From the NCBI GenBank assembly GCA_946965045.2, contig OX337228.1, positions 2,232,001 through 2,296,000 on the forward strand: a DNA stretch of 64,000 nt, read 5' to 3'. The translations under genes were made by a program, and so were the position numbers. The notes below the pieces were generated by a model. It was not told where the DNA came from and searched no databases. It saw nothing but the letters and a program-made list of their open reading frames with translations. The DNA comes from Epithemia pelagica (taxonomy: Eukaryota > Protista > Bacillariophyta). Numbering within the stretch: position 1 is the stretch's first letter; each line of letters starts with the position of its first letter. This document shows positions 22,724-31,948 of this stretch, piece by piece.

Positions 22724-23480
22724 CTCCACCAAGTTGTACGTGAAGAACACCCCCTAGCGGGGATGGCTAAGAGGGTTTAATTTCGTGTAGCCACCCCCAT
22801 CTCTCTGGTGTCCGGCCTAGTCGGCAGGCATATCTCACTTTCACAACCACGATAACAACACGACAATCAAACTTTGTTGTTGCTGGTGACCTCCTATGAT
22901 CACCCCATCATGATCCGACCATCGTGTGATTCATATTAGTACCATGGTAGTGCATTGTGAGCGGCACAGTGCATGAGGGTCACTCTAGGCAAGGATGAAA
23001 ATAGTGGCCCAGCATTATGGCACGACACGAGACCATGATGACCCCAAAAACACATGGGAATAGAGGTCCTGCTGTCGATACACTCCGTTACTACTGCTAT
23101 ATATTTTGTGTACCATTAGGTGTCGAAACAATGAATGATAGGAGCCATACATCCCTCTGAGATGCTTCGTTCGAAATGGTGAGGCGTTGCTTCCGTATGA
23201 CCGTGCCACGAGGCATGGTGCCTGTGAACCAGCTCCACAATAGACTCAACCTTCATATTTTGGCCATGCAGATGTATCCTACGCTATTGGTTAGAGGCCT
23301 ATGACTCGCCCGACAGGTACCAAGTGTCAAAATAGGTGCACAACAACAGGTGCAACAGCGAGGTCCGTGTTGTTGTCGCGATGGATGGAATGAGATATGC
23401 CTGCCAACTAGAAACAGGTTATTTTTCTACCAGAGAGATGGGGGTGTTTCAACGAAATTACAACCTCAAAAACACCCCCG

Positions 23481-24030
23481 CTAGTGCCGCGCCGGGTGAG
23501 GCGGCCAAAACCTCGAAAATAGCGGCCAAATGACCATGATGGACATCTAGCGTAACTCACTCAATATAGGACGCCCATGCCCCAATATCGAGCGACGTCT
23601 TCTTCAAACAATGCTCTCGGCCCCTGCGGGCCACTTTTGCTATAGCGGCCATGGTTATCGAGTTCTAACTCACCATTGTAGGGTCATTTTTTTTTCGTCC
23701 ACGTAATGGCCGCTAGATTGCCCTTTGGCCGCTACATTGATGGTACTATAAGTCGACCACTACGTGCCCTACCATCAAATGGTGCCTACGATGTGTCTAT
23801 CGTAGTGTAAGGAAGAGCACTTTCAGGTCATATGGGCTATCGGTGGGCGTGATAGCGCAAACAAACCCCTGCTCGATTTGGCTCGTTTTTGTTGGAACGA
23901 GATTTTCATCCGTAACTCGATGTACTGCCGAAGCTCCAATATGGTAGTTCTACAGTTCATACTTGAAGGGCTTTTACTTTAGGGTCTACCTTCGTGAAAC
24001 CAAGTATCATAACTATCGTAGGTGCCATGG
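23481..24030 (+). repeat. Unique outer part of left TIR
   Basis: Reverse complement of ~36478-37028; T-run is 9 nt on the left versus 10 nt on the right. Confidence 0.92.
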
Positions 24031-26343
24031 TTATCGCAAAATAGTCGTCCATCGATGAGGATTTTCATCTCTCGCGACACGAGCCACAATCGATCCTCAT
24101 CGTCAGTTTCCGCCACTCGTCTCGTTCAATCTTGATTCTCTGCCCCTCCTACTTTGTAGCATTTTAGTTTAGGACCTACTTGAGCGTAACGAGGTATCAG
24201 ATTGACCGTAGGCGCCATGGTCATTGAGAATGGGCCATCCATTGATGGAGGCATTTTTCTCGATGTAGCACGTCGCACACAACATTTCGAGACCGAAGGA
24301 CGTTGCTACTCGTCTCGTTCAATATTGACTCGCTTGCCTTCCTACTTTGTAGCATTTTAGTTTAGGACCTACTTGAGCGTAACGAGGTTTCAGATTGACC
24401 GTAGGCGCCATGGTCATTGAGAAGGTGCCATCCATTGATGGAGGCATTTTTCTCGATGTAGCACGTAGCACACAACATTTCGAGACCGAAGGACGTTGCT
24501 AATCGTCTCGTTCAATATTGACTCGCTTGCCTTCCTACTTTGTAGCATTTTAGTTTAGAACATACTTGAGCGTACCCAAGTCTCAGATTGACCGTAGGCG
24601 CCATGGTTATTGAGAATGGGCCATCCATTGATGGAGGCATTTTTCTCGATGTAGCACGTAGCACACAACATTTCGAGACCGAAGGACGTTGCTACTCGTC
24701 TCGTTCCATATTGACTCGCTTGCCTTCCTACTTTGTAGCATTTTAGTTTAGAACATACTTGAGCGTAACGAGGTATCAGATTGACCGTAGGCGCCATGGT
24801 CATTGAGAATGGGCCATCCATTGATGGAGGCATTTTTCTCGATGTAGCACGTAGCACACAACATTTCGAGACCGAAGGACGTTGCTACTCGTCTCGTTCC
24901 ATATTGACTCGCTGCCCCTCCTACTTTGTAGCATTTTAGTTTAGAACCGACTTGAGCGTAACGAGGTATCAGATTGACCGTAGGCGCCATGGTCATTGAG
25001 AAGGTGCCATCCATTGATGGAGGCATTTTTCCCGATGTAGCACGTAGCACACAACATTTCGAGACCGAAGGACGTTGCTACTCGTCTCGTTCAATCTTGA
25101 CTCTCTGCCCCTCCTACTTTGTAACATTTTAGTTTAGAACATACTTGAGCGTAACGAGGTATCAGATTGACCGTAGGCGCCATGGTCATTGAGAAGTCGC
25201 CATCCATTGATGGAGGCATTTTTCTCGATGTAGCACGTAGCACACAACATTTCGAGACCGAAGGACGTTGCTACTCGTCTCGTTCCATATTGACTCGCTT
25301 GCCTTCCTACTTTGTAGCATTTTAGTTTAGAACATACTTGAGCGTAACGAGGTATCAGATTGACCGTAGGCGCCATGGTCATTGAGAATGGGCCATCCAT
25401 TGATGGAGGCATTTTTCTCGATGTAGCACGTAGCACACAACATTTCGAGACCGAAGGACGTTGCTACTCGTCTCGTTCCATATTGACTCGCTGCCCCTCC
25501 TACTTTGTAGCATTTTAGTTTAGGACCGACTTGAGCGTAACGAGGTTTCAGATTGACCGTAGGCGCCATGGTCATTGAGAAGGTGCCATCCATTGATGGA
25601 GGCATTTTTCTCGATGTAGCACGTCGCACACAACATTTCGAGACCGAAGGACGTTGCTACTTGTCTCGTTCCATATTGACTCGCTTGCCTTCCTACTTTG
25701 TAGCATTTTAGTTTAGAACATACTTGAGCGTAACGAGGTATCAGATTGACCGTAGGCGCCATGGTCATTGAGAAGGTGCCATCCATTGATGGAGGCATTT
25801 TTCCCGATGTAGCACGTAGCACACAACATTTCGAGACCGAAGGACGTTGCTACTCGTCTCGTTCAAAATTGACTCGCTGCCCCTCCTGCTTTGTAGCATT
25901 TTAGTTTAGAACATACTTGAGCGTAACGAGGTATCAGATTGACCGTAGGCGCCATGGTCATTGAGAAGGTGCCATCCATTGATGGAGGCATTTTTCCCGA
26001 TGTAGCACGTAGCACACAACATTTCGAGACCGAAGGACGTTGCTACTCGTCTCGTTCAATCTTGACTCTCTGCCCCTCCTACTTTGTAGCATTTTAGTTT
26101 AGGACCTACTTGAGCGTAACGAGGTATCAGATTGACCGTAGGCGCCATGGTCATTGAGAAGGTGCCATCCATTGATGGAGGCATTTTTCTCGATGTAGCA
26201 CGTAGCACACAACATTTCGAGACCGAAGGACGTTGCTACTCGTCTCGTTCCATATTGACTCGCTTGCCTTCCTACTTTGTAGCATTTTAGTTTAGGACCT
26301 ACTTGAGCGTAACGAGGTATCAGATTGACCGTAGGTGCCATGG
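24030..26343. repeat. Left 193-bp tandem array, about 12 units
   Basis: Marker GCCATGG ends at 24220, 24413, 24606, 24799, 24992, 25185, 25378, 25571, 25764, 25957, 26150 and 26343 (exact 193-bp period). The outermost unit is degenerate. Confidence 0.97.
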
Positions 26344-26498
26344 TGTTTATTATCCTAGTAGCGACCATCAACGGAAGTGGTGTTTCCATTTGGTAGTTTG
26401 CCCTTTGAATCCGTAAGTTTCTATGACTTCTGAGTGATGATTCAAGGAAGTTGAAGAATAGTCAATGCTATTTTGATTTATATCTAGTTCAACGTTGT

Positions 26499-27020
26499 TT
26501 AGGACTGCATGTAGTTGTCGTAAAGATTCTCGCAGTCATCTTGTTGGGTCTCGGCAAAGTCGAAAGAAAGATCGCTATCAACAGCAGTTCCACGGGAGGA
26601 TACAGTCTGAGCACTACGCATCGAGATGCTGCTCATGATTGAGAAACGTGATGCAGGCTTTTCGATCTCCTCGTTGACTGGGCTAAGGTCGTCGGCAAAC
26701 TTGATTTTCAGGTGGCGTACTGGAGTCTTGTCTCCACCATTCAATCCTTCTTCCTCTAAATTGTCGCGAATCTTGGTGATTGATTCTTCAACGGTTCCAA
26801 GAACAACTACGGTTTTGTCCCCACATTCTTGATCCAATCCTTCCGAGAGCAATTCTGCCTTTCCAATGGTTGCTGTCTCTGCCTTGATTTTGGTTTTCTT
26901 GAGGGCACCTTGTTCAGTTGGGCGCACGGCAGATTTTGACACACTGGTTCGAACAACACTTGTGTGTGTGCGGTTTTGAAGGCGCGCACTAACACGGCGC
27001 TTGTCGATATAGAGTGACAT
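26499..27020 (-). CDS. Uncharacterised cargo ORF A, 173 aa
   Basis: ATG-initiated, charged and Ser-rich, ends ~150 bp from the left array. No family recognised. Confidence 0.45.
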   Translation of the reverse strand: MSLYIDKRRVSARLQNRTHTSVVRTSVSKSAVRPTEQGALKKTKIKAETATIGKAELLSEGLDQECGDKTVVVLGTVEESITKIRDNLEEEGLNGGDKTPVRHLKIKFADDLSPVNEEIEKPASRFSIMSSISMRSAQTVSSRGTAVDSDLSFDFAETQQDDCENLYDNYMQS

Positions 27021-27522
27021 TGTGTTGTTGCTTTTGTTGTTGTAGTTGCAGTTGTTCTTGATGTGTTTCTCGTTGACGCCGTTTTATGAAGGTCGCTGTC
27101 GGCTCTGTCTCTCGTTGATGTTTGATTGATGTGACGTCTCACCATAAAATCGGATCTCGTATGGGAAGCCGGCTTGCGGCTCAACGCTCAACGGAAGAAA
27201 ATTTTCTTAAGTAGCTTGTCACACTTTTGTAATTGCTCCCGAGTGGCAATAGTAGGAAGTCCCCAACCGTTCCCCCAAATCAAATGAAGTTTACTACATG
27301 TCGTCTGAGAAATCGATTTTACGACGTAAGAGCTTTTCCGAAGGAGAGGAGAGAATCGATAGGCCACCTGAATGAAGTGCTCACCTGAGGAAAGAGCTTT
27401 TGTTTGCAAATCAAAACGAGCGTAGAAGTAAGTGGTTCCGCGGCATCTAAATCATTGCTTACAATGGTGGCAATAACCTCGACTCATTGATTCTCTCTAT
27501 GCTTAGGACGGATCAAAGTACA

Positions 27523-28059
27523 ATGTCCGAACACGAGAATGAATCGCGCAATCGGATTCTCCTTCCTAACGGCTTTCACCTCGTACAAGATACGGGGAGC
27601 AACATCGAGCTCCAAGGAAGCCGCTTAACCATCTACGGTGAAGCGGGTGTGAACGTACACCTTCAAGACGCCACTCTCGGGGAGAAAGGAGAAAAGGGGA
27701 CACTTGTTGTGGATCGAGGCGTGATTCTTTTACAGCGCTCCAGGTATGGTACCAACGGTGGAATGCTATCAATTTGCGCGTTTGGCCGTGACAAGAAGGA
27801 CGATTCGATGCCTGACATCGTCATCCCAGTCGGATCGGTTCACAACAAAATTCGCTCCAAGAAGTTCCGTTCCAAAAATGGGTCCCTTGTCAAAGGAGAA
27901 CTCACCATTGAGACCTCTCACTCCTTGGATACCAAGGTGACAATGGGACCCATGATCATTACTGTGCGAATGAGTCTTACTGGGATGAATGCATTCATGT
28001 CGCTCTATGACAAAGCAACGGAGACGTGGCCCAACCAGGAAAGTGTTAAAATCACGTAA
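27523..28059 (+). CDS. Uncharacterised cargo ORF B, about 178 aa, predicted beta-rich
   Basis: ATG at 27523 (alternative ATG at 27499); globular-looking composition; convergent with the transposase. Confidence 0.6.
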   Translation: MSEHENESRNRILLPNGFHLVQDTGSNIELQGSRLTIYGEAGVNVHLQDATLGEKGEKGTLVVDRGVILLQRSRYGTNGGMLSICAFGRDKKDDSMPDIVIPVGSVHNKIRSKKFRSKNGSLVKGELTIETSHSLDTKVTMGPMIITVRMSLTGMNAFMSLYDKATETWPNQESVKIT

Positions 28060-28174
28060 GCGGGTAACAAATGATAGTTAGTATTCTTATTCATGGTGGT
28101 TTCCTAATTTCATAATATGTAGAGAGGCGCAAACATGTAGAATGAGTGTAGTTCTTGTGCACACAGAAGTTTCA

Positions 28175-31100
28175 TTAAGTCGCATTTCCTCCTTTCGCCG
28201 CAGCAAAGTTCATGGCGTGCTGCTCGATACAAGTTCGTTGTTTCCCATATCGAATGCCCACAGATGGCTTGCACACTGGTGTTCCCACGTAGGTTATCGA
28301 GCGCCAAGTCTTGGTGAACATGCGGCATTGTGGATGGCCACACATGGCTCGCGTGTCATTCTTACAAATAACACATTTACGCTTCATGCCTCTTTGGTCT
28401 GATGAAGAAACGTTGTCCTGTTCAACAACGCTGTGACAAACGACCGAATCAATTGTAAGCTCAGAAAATACGGACGCGGGTGATATACTGCTTGAACAGG
28501 TTTGGCCAACACTTGATGGCACAGTTACGGAGGCATCCGTACACACCGAAAGGTTGTTTGTCACTGGCAAGCTTTCAAGCACACCCGCTCTTCGTTCAAC
28601 TGAACTGCGTTCGGAATATGGATTGTTGATTAAGTCATAAGCCAGCATATCCGCAAAGTCGTGGATTGAGGTATTCAGGAAAGGTTCCACTTGCATGTGA
28701 AAACGCAGTGCAAGATAACAATCAACCACCGTCATACCGAAGACTGTCGTCACAATCCGAAACCACGGATTTTTAGTTAACCATAGTTCTTCGAGGCGTA
28801 GAAGACCCTGACGGATGTGATTGTGCCGGTCAATTGCATTGGCGTGCCGAAAGTATTTTGAAATACAGTCGGGACGCTCGACTCTCCGCTGCTTGATATT
28901 TCCAAACACATCTGTGAAGCGAGCAATGTATGGTGCGCCCGGTTGAGTATGCCCGGCATCTTTGGTCATGACAAAGAGAAGAACCTTCCTTGTATTGTAC
29001 TTGTACCCAACCGCTACGAGCTTCACTCCAGTGACAGGGGCAGTACACTCCATGACAAGGTAGGCTCCGGATGGAAAAGACTTCATCTGCTTCTCGATCT
29101 GTTTCTTGGGAAACCATGAGTGCGCTGTCTTCACAGCACCAATGAACTCATGTCCATCCGTGTTCAGCCCTTTCTCTTTGTCCACGTAGAACGGAAAGGA
29201 AGTGCGATTGCGTCGATCGTCCTGTTCCCTCCACGAACACTTGAGGCATTCAGCGACCTGGACACTTCCAAACCAGGAGTCGCCTAAATACAGGTAGCGC
29301 TTGGAGGCCTTTCCAGCTTCGTGGCGTGCGCTTGACAGCTGTCCACTGTATTGTGAACCTTCGACAAGCCGCAGTGTGCAGCCGCCCGATGGACCAGACT
29401 TCGCAACAAACTTCTTACGCCGCATTGGGACTCTTCCTTCTTGGATTTCAAGATGGGTCAGACACCCTGTCGTGGTGTCGGCGACCACCTGTGAATGAAA
29501 TAAGGTAGTAAGGTCAGACACATTAAGTCTTCAAAACATTGTCTGTCTGGTGTTAGCTTACCTTGAACTCCGTCCCAAGAGGTTTGGGCTTGCGGGCAAT
29601 AAATGAGATATGCGGCAACAAAGATTGCTTGGTCGTTCGTGGTCGAAACGCACTCATCGACTCGTCAAGCACTTGAACCACGGACGACGCAATTATTTGT
29701 CGGCGGTTCTCATTGAACCCATCAATCAGGGGACGGATTTCATTCCATTTGTCATTCGGATCCGTCCCCCTGAAGGCATGATAGAGATGCGTCTTAATGT
29801 CGTTGAACCTACTCTCTGCCATGATGTTGTCGCCTTTCGTTCCAAAATTTACATGTGGTGATAACCGACGAGTGCTAGGATCCTGGAAAAGAGCCTTTCC
29901 TCCTACACCAAGGGGACTTGCCGCGACGATAATCCCCCAAACTTTCCACCACTCGCCTTCCGTAACCATTCGAATTTTCTTCTTTTTATCACGCTTTTGA
30001 TTCAATCGATCTAAACTAAGATTAAGGACTCTCAACTGATTTTGCCAGTTCCCTGTACAGAGGCCGATTGCAAGAAAGTGAGACTGTTGAACTTCTGCGA
30101 TGTAGAAACAAAGAGTAGTGCTGACTTACCTGGCCAGAAGTGCATCAACAAGTCAAGAAATGGAAAGGAGTATTTTTCATTCTCGTGGCTTATTTCACTT
30201 TTACTCATCCTTTTGCCGAAGTTGTAGCCAACGATTGCATTCTTCTCATAGTCCGACACTGGATGATCCGGCGATGAATCCTCGACTATCTTCCACTCAA
30301 ATCTTCTTTTGTCCTCTTTCCTTCGTAGCTGTTGACCCGTTAAATCGGTCGTTGGCTCACTCTCTCCGTCAAAAAGCACAGTCCATAGGTTTCCTTTTGC
30401 CACTGGATTCTTCTTCCCGTCGACAACTGTTCCCCATTGAGCATTGTTGCCATTCTTGTGAACTCGATCTCCAATGTCGATTCCTTTTTTCTTGGGAGGC
30501 TTGACGACTACGGTCCAGTTGCTTTCAATAAGATGGTCTTTGGTAAGCTTGTATTGCTCCATTTTATGCCTGTGACGATCTTCGTCTCTTTCAACCAAAG
30601 CCCCGAAAGCCAATTGGCGTGCTTGTGCTTGTTCTTGTTCAGCTCCGTCATCCTCGTCATCATAGACAAGTTCCACGGGTACATCTTCTTCGAGTTCTTC
30701 ATCGGCAGCTGCATCTTCATCCTGATCTTCATGTTCGTTGTCACTATCTTCATCATCATTTTGCCTGGTCGTTGGTGGGTTGTTCTGATTGTTCGGAGGT
30801 GCATCTTGACCTTGAGCGTTGTCCAGGATCGCCGCTTGTGCCAAAACTTCAATTTCTTCATCGTCGCTTACATCTGTTAATATCACTCCACCAACAGTGC
30901 GAGGAGCCTCTGAAGTCGTTGTCGTTGCTGCGGTCGTTGCAGTGGTCGTTGCCGTGGTCGTTGCCGTGGTCGTTGGTGCAGCAGTCGTTGTCATTACCGA
31001 TTGCATTGGTGTGGTTGTTCCTGCTGTCGATGCCGCTGCCGTCGGCCTTGCTGTCGTCTCGACTGGGGTGTTCGTTGTCGTTGTCGCGCTCGTTGTCGCG

Positions 31101-31510
31101 CTCGTTGTCGCGCTCGTTGTCGCGCTCGTTGTCGTTGTCGTGGTTGCCGTTGGCATTGACGTGGATGTTGCTGTCCTCGATGCCGTTGTCATTGTCCTTG
31201 CTGCGGTTTCGGCTGGAACTGGAGTATTTGATACTGTGGTTGTTGTTGAGATCGTAGGTCGAGGTCCGGTTGCTGCAACTGGATCTGGTTGTCCAGGAAA
31301 ACCTTCATCTTTCTTGGGGAATCGAAGCTGTGGGGAAGAGCGTTCATTTCTTAGCTCTGTTAGATTTCCTCTTTCGTCCACTCCAGCGACCATCCACTTA
31401 TGAAATTCGACTGCTTCAACAATAATGCATGGGATGTCTCCACGCCTCATGAAACATCTCGATCCAATCCCCAAACCACATGATTTAGGCCTCGGCGGCG
31501 GTGGTTCCAT
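28175..31510 (-). CDS. piggyBac-like (DDE_Tnp_1_7-type) transposase, 3 exons, about 1,061 aa
   Basis: Exons 31510-30130, 30052-29562 and 29488-28175; GT-AG introns of 77 and 73 nt restore FWPG|NWQNQL and TEFK|VVAD. Catalytic triad VLDES, GDSWF, AIDRHN; RKPKPLG motif; C-terminal Cys/His finger CVIC...CGHPQC...C...C..H. Confidence 0.9.
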
Positions 31511-31948
31511 TGCTGTATCGTTCTCGTGCGTTTTGGTCTTCTCAAGTTTCTAAGAGGTTATTGAGAATTGCTGTTTGTGTGTCCAATCTCCATTAGCGGT
31601 CAAAAGCATCTTTTCGACTTGCAAGCAAGCACATGGTTGATTGTTGAATGAACTGTGGAACGATGTTGGAGGGAAGATGTAGTTTTTGTGGAGCAGTCGC
31701 TACAAAAGCGCGTGTTCCGCATGCCCGCCCGCCTTAATTAAACGACAAGAATGTTCTAAACATAATGAAATATGTAACAAAATTTAACGTTTTAACCGTA
31801 TTCCCGTTGAATCGAAAGATTTTTTCCAAGTGTGGTCTGATTTGTTTTTTTGTCAAGTGGTCTGCAGACCAGGCAATGACGAACGCTCTCTGTCTGAGAA
31901 ACGCTCGAAAACCCAAGACTCTCTGAGAAACCCCTACTCTACAAAAAG

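Noticed and set aside
28175-31510. Transposase as a fragmented pseudogene
   Set aside because: Two canonical introns join the three ORFs in frame with the catalytic triad intact.
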